From: Antedon mediterranea
Taxonomy: Eukaryota > Animalia > Echinodermata
NCBI RefSeq assembly: GCF_964355755.1
Contig: NC_092670.1
Coordinates: 2,780,201 to 2,844,200, forward strand
DNA: 64,000 nucleotides
Direction: 5' to 3'
Every line of letters starts with the position of its first letter. Positions within the stretch are counted from its first letter, which is position 1. The notes beneath the pieces are model-generated. The model worked only from the letters and a program-made list of their open reading frames with translations. It was not told the origin of the DNA and searched no databases. The translations under genes and the position numbers were made by a program. Shown here piece by piece: positions 1 to 11,870 of this stretch.

Positions 1-399
1 ACATTATTTTAACCCAAACATTGTCAATATTGTCATAGTTATCAGATGTGATTATGATTATGCTTTAATTCATAGTTGTTAAATATTTGTTGTTTGTTTC
101 ATTTTCAGAGATACTAGGGATAACAATGCAAAGAAAATAAATAACTATGAAAATCTGAATTGTTTTAAAAACACTAAACATTGCCGAAAATGATCATTTT
201 TTTGCCATCTGAACAATTTCACCAAAATTACACCCTCTGTTGGTGAATGCATGAATTACGAATTTTTTCAAAATAGTAATTGCATATAATTACGTTTTTC
301 TTGATTCTGTCAAAATATTTATTTATTCTTTCCTTAGCACTATTTTGTCCGTCAATTATCTTGATATCAGTTTCATCTAGCTAAGTCAATTTTTAAGAG

Positions 400-900
400 T
401 ATATTCCTTATGGCCAGGAATCGATGTGGTTATGTTTTCACGGTGTGCAATAAAAAATTACGCGATCTACGCGCGATTTAACGAAATCACGTTTGTAATC
501 ATATATTCACAAGCATAAATCACTTTTAAACACAATTTGGTACTCATAAATGTCAGGTCATATTCCATCATATGGCAATATAATTACGTGCGTAGCGCAG
601 ATAACGCATGCGTACGCGCGCTTAAAATTGTCAAAATTATCAAAATTTATTTTCGATGAAATTAGAGTACGTTTCAGGCAATTTAAGCGTTTAAAAATTG
701 TCCATGAGTGCGCAGATTTTTGCACGCACACTGCGCGTTATACGTTAATGCGGACTCTTTTTGTCCGATTTCTGTTGTACAACCTTTCTTTAATAATATT
801 ATCATATTTTATTCACTTTTCAACTCGAAATTGCGTTATACGAGCACGTCAAAAGTGACAGGCTACGCACGTGTAAGTTAACAAAATGGTGAAAATATGC
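400..900 (+). mobile_element. Diverged relative of the Helentron-type repeat seen at 53.7-62 kb
   Basis: Same order of CGCG-rich motifs as the reverse complement of 54290-54720; similarity is distant. Confidence 0.4.
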
Positions 901-2923
901 TAAATTTTAAAATTTATATAGATCGTTAGAATGCTACACCTATTTTTTATTTCATTTTCTTGAAGTGTATGTATCTTATGTATGATTTATTAATAAATTA
1001 AGGGAACAAAAGTTGATTAAGTCATCATTAATTGCATATTAAATTTTAAAAAATAATTTCGACAATCAAACAAATTATGACATTTTCTTAGGCCAAAATA
1101 ACAAACTTAACATTAACTTTCTTCCTTCAAAAGCTCATATATTAAAGTTAAAAGTATATAGTTTGACAGTGCATCATTTGTTTTACATTTTTAAAGATGT
1201 CATCATAGTAAAAAATTATAATTCATTGCGGTATGTAATAATCTATTTGCACCAAAGTGGTTACTGCATAGTAAATACAAGAAGGAATTTTTTTACAACT
1301 TTTAGTCAGTTGTATGGCTCGGTGGTCTGTGCTCGTGTCTATGGCATTCAAGGTACCGAGATCGAGTTTCACATTGGGAAACGAAATAAGATTTTTTTTT
1401 TATTATCCGTATTGTTTGTTTAAATTTATTTCTTAGTGTATAGATTATACACATGATTTATAATGAAATCTATATAAAAAGTAACTTTGTCTTTGTTATT
1501 ATGTAACAACAAATGTGGTTTATGACATTATACGCAGAGGGATCTTTGATCGGATTGTGATACCGACTATTGTATTCGCGTTAGCAAGGTCCTATCATAT
1601 TATATTATAAATAATTAAAGATTCTGAGAAAATCAATCAATCAATATATCTTTTAAAAATCAATTATCTTTATTTAAATCAATGTATATAACCTATAATT
1701 CGTCATAGTGACGAATTAAATCTAGTTTATTTTATATATATTATATATTGAACATTGGAATAAATTATTAAATTTCCACCTTTAAAATATAAAACAAACT
1801 TGTTGGAATTTACCTACTCCCCTCATCATGGACATCTTTAAACACTGTGTACAACCACTAATAGCTTATTTAATTAAGTATTTAAATATATTTGTTGTAG
1901 ATTTATTCTTATGATAGGTCTACATCAATCATTGTTTTGAATAAAAAGAAAATAGACTTCCTTGTATAAATGTATAAATTTATATCAAATAGTAGAAGAC
2001 GTCATGACACCAGAAACAGTGCACCCATATAAAGTAACTACTAAAAAAAAGAAAATGTTATTACTAACCTTAATTTCTTTGTAGTATTATAGAGAAAAGT
2101 AGTACCATGTTTCTTCCTAATGTAAATCTTACACATGTAAATCTTACACTATAACACAGGTCAGTCATATACAGTAAGGTAATATGAGGTGTGGCTGCAG
2201 ACAGTGCATATTGATTTTATTCAATTTTATGATGCCTAAAATCACTCAGCCATGAACATAGTTATAATAACAATACAATGCTGTTTATACAATTTCTATT
2301 GGACCCTGCAAATATGAAACGCCAGAGAAGTATTAATTTATAAGAAATTTACTGCTGAACTAATAAATTCCAATTTCATCAAAAGTAGCAGTTTTGGTTT
2401 TTAAATGTTTCCTTAGTTTATGCTATATTCTCAGCCTATTATGTCTAAATTAGAAAGAACAAGTTATGGTATCCCTGAATGAGGTTCTTTCCAATGCAAA
2501 CTTTATAACTGTCAATCAATCAATCAATTTATTTGGAAATTGCACCTTCACATCGGTGGCACACACAGTAAGTGGTGCATCCATATGAAACACAATTAAC
2601 ATAAAATGACGGATACGGATACTAATTTACAAAGTTAAAAGATTTTTTTTAAAAATTAAAAAAACAAAAATTAAAAATTATTACTAAATATATACTGTGG
2701 CAATATTTGTCTGACATGAGTTGATACATCATTTTAGTTAAATATATTTATACAGTGCATAAAGAGGAAGTAGTTACAAAAATAATTGTTGATGATGCTA
2801 TTAAAATTATCATGATAGTTAATATTGAAATGGTTTGTTATACAGTATAGTAATAACAATAATACATAATGATACAAAATGAAATATATATTAACAAAAA
2901 CAAAAAACAAAAAAAACAAAAAC

Positions 2924-3141
2924 AAAAAAATACATTCACATAACGTCATAAGTTACTATGGAAAAAAAAAAAAAAAAAAAATACATTCACATAACGTCAT
3001 AAGTTACTATGAAAAAAAAAAAAAAAAAAAAAAAATACATTCACATAACGTCATAAGTTACTATGAAAAAAAAAAAAAAAAAAAAAAATACATTCACATA
3101 ACGTCATAAGTTACTATGAAAAAAAAAAAAAAAAAAAAAAA
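2924..3141. repeat. 4 x (30-bp unit plus A-tract of about 20 nt) next to the LINE 3' end
   Basis: TACATTCACATAACGTCATAAGTTACTATG at 2931, 2982, 3036 and 3089, separated by poly-A. Confidence 0.9.
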
Positions 3142-3251
3142 TCTTAACTATACTATACTTTATTTCGTTATAAAGTAAATATATTTAATGTAAGGTATAG
3201 CATGTTAATCATTACATTTACAGTTATACATTAGTAGTACCAGACTGGTAT

Positions 3252-5445
3252 TTAAATATTTAACATTTTGGTACGTGAGGCCCATGCTTGTTTTAAATAG
3301 CTTTTGCAAAACATGTCAAATATTTCATTTACTTTATTAACAATTGCTGGTTGCGTTCCAGTAGGAAGGCTAGTGTCACTTCCTAGTGTTAATGTTAGTT
3401 TTAATACTGGGTTACCTAGTAGAAAGTACAACCAGAATGTATAGAGATTACTATCATAATAGGTTACGCTCAGGTTTACAATATTCCGTTAAGCGTAGAT
3501 CATCAAAATATTTGCATTTGAACATAAAATGTATAATGTCTTCTTTATCATTTTTACATATAGGACATGTACCATCATTATCTTCTTCCCATATAGATTT
3601 CTTAAGGTTAAGTGCAAGTGTTTTTGATCTTGCCTTAAATTTAAGACTTGCCCCTAAGAAATCTAATTTATCTAAAAGATACGGCTCTATATATGGTGTG
3701 GATTTAAGTGTGACATAATTCATCAATGAAGTTTTCTTTCTGGCTTGATCAAAAATTTGGATACCATCAATACTTTTAATTATATTTTTTGAAATGTTTA
3801 CCCATTGATTGTTAGTATCTGTCGTTAATTTAAACCTGTGGCTCATTCCACACAAGTCTAGAGTATTTTGCATATGGTTGTACCATTTCCATTTAAATGT
3901 AGACGTATGACCAATGAATAGCATAGCACTAAAAGCCAATTTGGGCCAACGACTCATATCCATCTTTACTAAACGATTTAAGAAATCGATTCGTTTCATG
4001 TCTTGAATAGTTGAAATAGACTTCCAACCTAGATCACCGTACAAAGCTTCCTTACAAGTTGTACGTGGTGCTTTGAGTATCGCCTTTGCCATTTGGGTTT
4101 GTAATTTTTCCAGATTTTTAATATCACTTATACCACCACAGACATTTGTAGAGCACGCATAGTTAATTGAAGGAAGACCTAGAGTCTTCCACAACAAATC
4201 TCCATAAAACACTCTGTTATAATCATCTTGATCATTAATAATTGACTTTATATACGCTATAATTCTATATCCCTTCTTAATAACCTCTTCAATATGACAG
4301 TGATCGGAAAGAGATCTTGTAATATAGGATCCTAAATATTTGTAACTATTAACTTCTGAAATATAATCATCACTTAATGGCCATAATCTCTGTTTGTCTG
4401 TTCTTTTTCCAGTAATTAAAACATTGGATTTCTCATAGTTGAATTCTAATTTGTAGTCATTACTAAATTTTGTAGCTAGATCAAGCATTTCTTGTAACTC
4501 CCTTTCGTTGTTAGCTAGCAGAACAACATCATCTGCCCAGAATAGACCACTTAATTGAACATTACATATTTCTATGCCCATTTTATTTTCCCTTAGAAGT
4601 TTGGCAAATTCATTTATGTATATACAAAATAAAATAGGTGATAATGCACAACCTTGTTTAACACCTTCTTCAATTTCGAAATATTCTGTTTCGATTTCTC
4701 CAAATTTTACTTTACAGTGAACATTATTATATATATTAAATAACATTTTCCATACATTTCCTTTAATACCAATATCCCATGCTGTGGTTAACAATTTGTC
4801 TCTCCATACAGTATCGAAGGCCTTTCGAAAATCAAGAAAAGCCATATATGTATTTTTACCCTCTGCCTGTCTGGTTGAGGCTATACATTTAAGTGTGAAA
4901 ATATGATCATCACAGCGATGGTCTTTTCTGAATCCACCTTGGATTTCAGACAATATGTTGTTGCTTTCAAGAAACTTTGAGATATTATTAGATATAATAC
5001 GCGTGAATACCTTGGACACACATGAGTTGAGAGTTATACCTCTATAATTGTTTAAGTCATTTTTTGGACCTTTCTTGTGAACCGGGATTATTATACCTTT
5101 GTTCTATTCATCAGGGATAGTTTGAAGTTCTAACAGGCGATTAAATAGTTGAGAGAGAGATTGGATTAGTTTATCTCTTCCAAATTTGAGAAGTTCATTA
5201 GGAATGGTATCGGTGCCAGGTGCTTTGTGATTTTTACATTGGCCTAACGCCCATTTAATATCTAACATAGAGATATATATATTGCAAAGCTGAGGGGAAT
5301 TTTCATCACTTTTATTTCTTAGATTGTTTATTTCTTCTTTTGTTTGTTTAATTGAATAATCGTGAGTACCTAAGTTACTTTGTCCTAATGTCTTCCAATA
5401 TTGAAATATTGTCTCTTTTATTTTACATTTATCTGTTGTTGTCTG
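3252..5445 (-). pseudogene. 5'-truncated non-LTR retrotransposon (LINE) ORF2: reverse transcriptase plus C-terminal zinc motif
   Basis: KAPGTDTI, YRGITL, QGGFRK, FLDFRKAFDTV, GVKQGCALSP, FWADD, YKYLG, CPIC...EDIIHFMFKC. In-frame TAG at 5104-5106 (IPDE*, normally W) and a frameshift near 3457, after which the frame continues ...YLKQAWASR to a stop at 3252. Confidence 0.92.
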
Positions 5446-7082
5446 TACAAATAACGTAGTCAATGGTTACAAGCATTTGATATTGTATTGTTAATAATAA
5501 TAGAAACATCCAAGCAATATCATGGACCTGGTTATATGAACAAATAACAAGTATGAAACGCCAAAGAATTAAAAAGAATTGATTACAAGAAGCACACTGT
5601 TAAACCATGGATCTATACACATTGGTCCATGGTTTAACTGTGTACTAAAAATCTAAAAAGTGTATGTTTTTTATGAGGAGTAAAAGTAATGTTCCCCAAA
5701 AGTTTGCTATCAGTATGTTTTATGCTATCATTCTAAATTAAGAGTTACAGTATGGTATCAAGGTACTACCAATGCTTATATGAATGATGCGTTCTATCTA
5801 TTGATATTAATTGTATTGTTAATAATAGAACGATTTTAGCAATGTTATATGAACAAATAACAAGTATGAAACGTCAACAAATTAAAAAGAATTTATTTAA
5901 CTTTGTACTAAAAATCAAGCATGTTTTTTATGAGGAGTAAAAATAAAATGTTCCCCAAAGCTTGCTCATTTGTTCATTTATTGTTAGTTCTTGATAAACC
6001 TTGGTATGATAAGTATGCTTTATTAATCAGGCTGCTCTCGTTTAACAAAGTTAAATCAATTTTTCTACCAATCCATATAATACAAAATTTTCCCAAACTA
6101 GCTGAATTGTTAAAAGCTGAATGATAATTTTAATTATAGGCTATTTATAGGCTATACAGTTTGAAATCCAACCCAGAATTGTTGTTTTGAAAATAGCACT
6201 AATTGTTTTTTTTATTTATTCTTCCTCACATCTCAAATCAATGTGCAATAAAAATGTACTGATTTTGTTAAGTGATACTTTATTAGGTTTGACTAATCAA
6301 TCAGAGATTTTTTTTAAAACAATGGCCATTTTTTCAATTTGTGCATTTTTTGGTATTGAGGTGTTTTTTTTACAAATTTTCTTCCGTTTTTTAAAACTCC
6401 ATACGGCTTATTTGTGTAAAATGTAAAACAGGTGCCTTTGTTTGTATGTACGTCAATGACTAGTTTTCCTAATTATTTCCTTTTGTTGTACCATTTGTGT
6501 AATACTGTTTAGAATTGGGATTGTGGTACAGGAGACATGCATAGTTGGTGATATTGTGTTCTTTCAACCAGTTAACAAAAGTGTGTAAAATCGTACCATG
6601 CTTACAATCCATTATGGTTCTTTCTTCCTTTCAACTCAACTATGAAAACAAATAAATTGTATGAAACGCCACAGAAGTGTATTGTAGAACTATCCTAAAA
6701 ATATTGTTTTTGTGTGGAATCAAAACTCAGTTTTATATCAATCAGAGAGATCTGTTTTAATAAAGTTAAATTTGTATAATTATTTTGAATAGAAACCTTT
6801 TTATTTTCAGTAATTTTATTCTCTATTTTTATCATTGATAAAAAAAAAACAATTGAGTTTTGGTGCTGTAGAATTGAAAGTAGAATATCCCATTTGTATG
6901 TGAGATGCAATAGTGACATTATAGATTGACATGATATCCCATTTGTATGTGAGATGCAATAGTGACATTAGAGATTGATATGGTATCCTACAATTCAAGG
7001 AGTTTAATATATAAAATAGGCCTAATTTAATTTCTTAATTTAATCACTTAATTATTAACTATTTTTAATGATATAATGTTTA

Positions 7083-7155
7083 TTGTTCAAATAATTGTTC
7101 AAATCATTGTTCAAATCATTGTTCAAATCATTATTCAAATCATTGTTTAAATCAA
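7083..7155. repeat. 12-bp minisatellite (AATCATTGTTCA)n
   Basis: About 6 units, giving NNDL repeats in a spurious ORF. Confidence 0.8.
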
Positions 7156-9347
7156 TTTTGTAGGTTTTTATGTTTACTTTATGGTTTGTAATATTATGTT
7201 TCTTTATAAGAGATGTATGCAACGTTATTCCACATAGAGGAAATAAAGGAAGGAAATAATTGAGCATAATAAATCATACCTAGCTGATTAAGGAAATACC
7301 CAGCTTCCTCTACCTATTTTTTTTAAGATTAAAAAAAGAAAAGAATAAAAAAGAAAGATTTTGGGGGTGGGGTTTGATAGAGGGCGAGGCGGGGTTCTCG
7401 AGCCCACTAATAGTCACAAAAAAAACTTCAGTAATTATACACAGGGTATAGTGGGAGGAATTGAGGTCAGCCTTACAAAATTATAAATGATTATTGTAAT
7501 GAAAATTCTTTTCGGCATATCAATCTGTGTTCATTCAGCCGGGTCCAACCGTGATTGAGGTGGATGGAGATGTAGGTGTTAAAAAAACATTGTACACAAA
7601 ACGTTCTGTCAGAGTGCCATAATTCAGGGCATGTAGATGTCAAATTACACACTTTTTAGCACTGGTAGACCAGGGTGTGATTCTGCCTATTTTTTGGATG
7701 TTAATTCGGCCAATGTCTCGATGTCTAACATCAAAATTGTCTGTATGCATACTGCACTTCTGTGTGCACAATTTTCATAGTATTTGCAATGGTTTAAGAG
7801 TGTACATGTAACAGTCTACCAGGAGATAAATGTATCAATGATAAATTCAAATATTTACAACAAATGCTATTTATACACCTTCTATCAAGTATTTACATAA
7901 AGTTATTTTCAACAGCGCCACCAATGATTTGTAAGATATAGTAAGTTTGTGTTGTATCTTCTAGTTGTGTTCCCTTTCAATGTTTGTTTATTTGTATTTT
8001 ACATCCTTCTATTCATTGATAAATAAATGTCATAAATCGCATAAATAGACATAAAACTTAATGAGCAAACCAAGAATTTAATCATATCTGTTTAATTATG
8101 AAATATATTGAGGTAAAGATAAGTAAAAAAGAAGTGTGTGAATACACATTATTTCAACTAATCATAGTCAATATTGTCAAAGTTATCAGATGTGATTATT
8201 TGTGAGTTTTCATAATGATAACAGGCCTCAATTTTTGCATAATATATCTTGTAAATGGTGGATACCTATAACATTTACAAATTGCAAATTAATTTATATT
8301 TCAACTTTTTTACAATTTTTTTTACACATTGTTTTATAACTATAAAACTATCAATTAATTTCTTGGTTTCTATTGCTTCTTACAATTGATTGTATTTTTG
8401 TTATATAATTATATGTCATACAAAACCGTGATAAAACATAAACAAAATCTATTCACAATATATAATTTGTTTCACTTTTATTTACAAAAATATAAGTATT
8501 TTATCCTTATTTATTTATAGCAATCAAATTTACAAATATACAAAAAAAAACATGAAATAAACAAAAAGTAAATAGAAAAATAATACTTCATCAGATAATA
8601 GGAGGAAAGTAACCTGGGTTACATAATAATCAAATCAAATATGTAAAATACAAATATATATATTGTAACATGCAGTTGAGTGTACTTTGGTTCCATAAAC
8701 TATATGACCCAATCATGTGACCCAAGACAAATATATACGGACAAGATGGGAAATTCTAAAATCTTGATGCATAAATATACAATATAAATGTGCATGCCCT
8801 ACAAAACTGTAGATACAAAAAAAATCTGCAGGAAAAAAAATATATGAGTGAAGGATATAGTAAACAAATAAATTATACTTTGCCTTCTGGTTTAAACTAT
8901 TGGCAGACTTGCCTCCAAAGAGATACTACACTAGTTACTAATACTATAACTATTTGGAAGCACCGATCAACCCATAGTTTTAAATAGAAACTTAAGTAGG
9001 CAACCAAAGTGTATTTGTTTTTATATTATGAATCAAACATTTTATTTAAATGTTTAAAACCAAAGGTATTTTATCTGTCACTTCCACCTTGAATCAAATG
9101 CAAAAGGCTCTAGGCTACTTGGATTTTGGCAGCTGAGTAAAACAGATGGCGCACTCTACAGGTTGGTTCAACTACAAGAAAAGCTGGATGTGCAGTAGTA
9201 GTCATGTGAGGTCATATATTATTTGTTAAACAATAATCTAAAATATATTTAATTATATTTTAGATTATTGTTTAACAAACAGTTGTTTAACAATCAATAG
9301 TAAATGGTTCAGCGTTGTTTTCTCACAAAATACTCCCATACCAATGG

Positions 9348-9916
9348 TTATTACCTCCGCCAAGGAGGTTATATTTTCACCCCTGTATGTTTGTGTGTGT
9401 GTGTGTGTGTGTCTGTGAACAGCCTGGAGGCCACAGTTTTTATCCGATTCTCACCAAATTTGGCAACAATGATCTATGCCCCAAAAGCTCGGACGAGTTC
9501 GAATTTGAGGGGAAAAGGTCACAACTAACAAAAAATATTTTACTGCCTAGAGACCACAGTTTTTATCCGATTCTCACCAAACTTAGCCACAATGATCAAT
9601 GACACATCATATAATTGTGGTTAAATTTTGAAGGGTCAGGGTCAAAGATCAAGGTCCACAAAAAACTTTTAAAAAAGAAATAAAAAATAATAATAAAAAA
9701 AAAAACCTCAGTGGGACTTGAACCAGCGATCTCAACTGTGAGAGGCTGGATACATAACCATTACACCACACTGTCACCCACAACTTTGTAGTGTGCAGTT
9801 AACATATTTACACTTAGAACTAATACAAAAAATGTTTAAAAAATATTCAGGGGGAATTTTATGTAGGGGAATTTTACAGTAGGCGGAGGTTTGTACTCTC
9901 GGAGTACCCTCTAGTT
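9348..9916 (+). mobile_element. Non-autonomous Helentron (HINE/DINE-1-like)
   Basis: 5' TT then subTIR ACCTCCGCC, (GT)n microsatellite, 3' subTIR GGCGGAGGT, hairpin GTACTC-tcg-GAGTAC, then CTAGTT. Confidence 0.8.
9706..9776 (-). pseudogene. tRNA-derived (Glu-CTC-like) SINE head or pseudo-tRNA inside the HINE
   Basis: A-box TGGTGTAATGG, CTCTCAC loop, B-box GGTTCAAGTCC, followed by an oligo-T tract. Confidence 0.55.
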
Positions 9917-10448
9917 ATTATTATTATTATTTATTCTTTCTTTATTCTGCAGGCACTTTCAGTGCACTGATTTCCAAAGTGGTACAGTAATTGAAAATAT
10001 AACAAACATAATAAAATAAAGACAAAGAGTAATTGAAATATACATAAAAATAGCAATCAATTTTAGAAAACAAAAAAATCTGTTAAAAATGTTGAGTACT
10101 AATTGTATTTTGGAATGAAGTTATTGAAAAATCTTTAAAGTTAATTTTTAATTCATTGGGAAGTTCATTCCAGCTTTTAGATGAACCAATTCTCCAAAAT
10201 AATACCCTCCTCCCCTATGGTGGGGCATTACATTTCAACTGGCTGTCTTTATAAACAAAACCCAAGTTAACTTCCCTTGCAAATAACTTTATACAAATAA
10301 GATAATTCAATACTGAAAGTTGATCCAGCATATTCACAAAACCACCAAAATTATCCTATTCCAATGGTTGAGCAGATTTAGCTCCTATTTATGTAACACT
10401 AGGATAACGTATCTCAACGTATCAATTTCTATTCTAGTCTTCTTGTAG

Positions 10449-10900
10449 CCTAGAATAACGGCTTGAAACGTATCTCTTATTTTCTATTTTAGGGAACACC
10501 CTAAAATAACGGCTTGAAACGTATCTCTTATTTTCTATTTTAGGGAACACCCTAGAATAACGGCTTGAAACGTATCTCTTATTTTCTATTTTAGGGAACA
10601 CCCTAGAATAACGGCTTGAAACGTATCTCTTATTTTCTATTTTAGGGAACACCCTAAAATAACGGCTTGAAACGTATCTCTTATTTTCTATTTTAGGGAA
10701 CACCCTAGAATAACGGCTTGAAACGTATCTCTTATTTTCTATTTTAGGGAACAACCTAGAATAATGGCTTGAAACGTATCTCTTATTTTCTATTTCAAGG
10801 AACACCCTAAATAACGGCTTGAAACGTATCTCTTATTTTCTAATTTAGGGAACACCCTAAAATAACGGCTTGAAACGTATCTCTTATTTTCTATTTTAAA
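10449..10900. repeat. 51-bp minisatellite, about 9 copies
   Basis: CTAGAATAACGGCTTGAAACGTATCTCTTATTTTCTATTTTAGGGAACACC; a further single unit with duplicated flanks at about 11055-11250. Confidence 0.95.
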
Positions 10901-11438
10901 GATCCCTCAAAAATATCTATTTTCAACGAATCATTGATAGCAAAGCCTGTACTAATTCACGTATTTCCCTTCTGGCGTGATGACAGAGTACAACACTTAG
11001 CTTTATTATCTTTGTTTTCTTAGTAGTTCAACTGAGGAATTCCAGGAACATCGGTTTCTATTCTAGTCTTTTCCTATCCTAGAATAACGGCTTGAAACGT
11101 ATCTCTTAATTTCTATTATAGGGAACACCCTAATATCGATTTTCAACGAATCACTGATAGCAAAGCCTGTACTAACTCACATATTTTACTAGCGTATAAC
11201 AGAGTACGACACTTCGCTTCATTATCTTATTTTTTTCCACTCAGGAATTCTTCAGTTCGTTTCTTGTTGACGTACACACAACAGTGTTAAAAGAAATTAT
11301 GACAATCTGAGGTAGGTGTGTCTCATTAGAGTGCAATGTTGAATGAACTATACCCTAACAGGGGTTGCTATGGTTATTTATGGTAAAATTTTTGTAATAT
11401 TTTCCACTCTTCGGGGAGAGAGGGGCTATCCAGGTAAG

Positions 11439-11625
11439 CAGTGGCATAATGCAGAGGCCCCTGGTTTAGGAAACCTAAGTGGTCCTCGGCCAAGTTCCAA
11501 TGCTGGAAGCCTTGAACGTTTTAAGCCTTTTTGGCATATTTTAATGCCCATTTTTCCTCTGGGCCCCCATAAGCTCCAGGGACCCTGGGTTTAGCCAGTG
11601 AGCGCTCATAGCCATTACGCCACTG
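11439..11625. mobile_element. hAT-like MITE
   Basis: TIR CAGTGGC(A/G)TAATG; exact 8-bp TSD CAGGTAAG at 11431-11438 and 11626-11633. Confidence 0.8.
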
Positions 11626-11870
11626 CAGGTAAGTTGCACTCATAGACTACCAACACCACAGTTGGTTTGTGTAGTCTAACATGGGTCATTGATGGAATGG
11701 AAATAAATTATATAAACTCGTCAATGCATTAACTTCATTAATCATTTTCTTTTCATCAAGTTTCTTAAATTCTGAATTCTTGAATTCAGTCATCTTGTCT
11801 CCTACTCTTGAACTTGAGCTCGCTGATTGCCATTTTGTTTAGATTTCCTTGGGCATGTTCGTTACACCAT

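Noticed and set aside
2734-3109. Lys-rich and Phe-rich short ORFs
   Set aside because: Derived from poly-A tracts and the tandem 30-mer.
9706-9776. Functional tRNA gene
   Set aside because: Acceptor and anticodon stems pair poorly, and it is embedded in a repeat.
10434-10805. 123-aa repeat protein or CRISPR-like array
   Set aside because: Pure 51-bp minisatellite without unique spacers; the ORF follows from a unit length divisible by 3.
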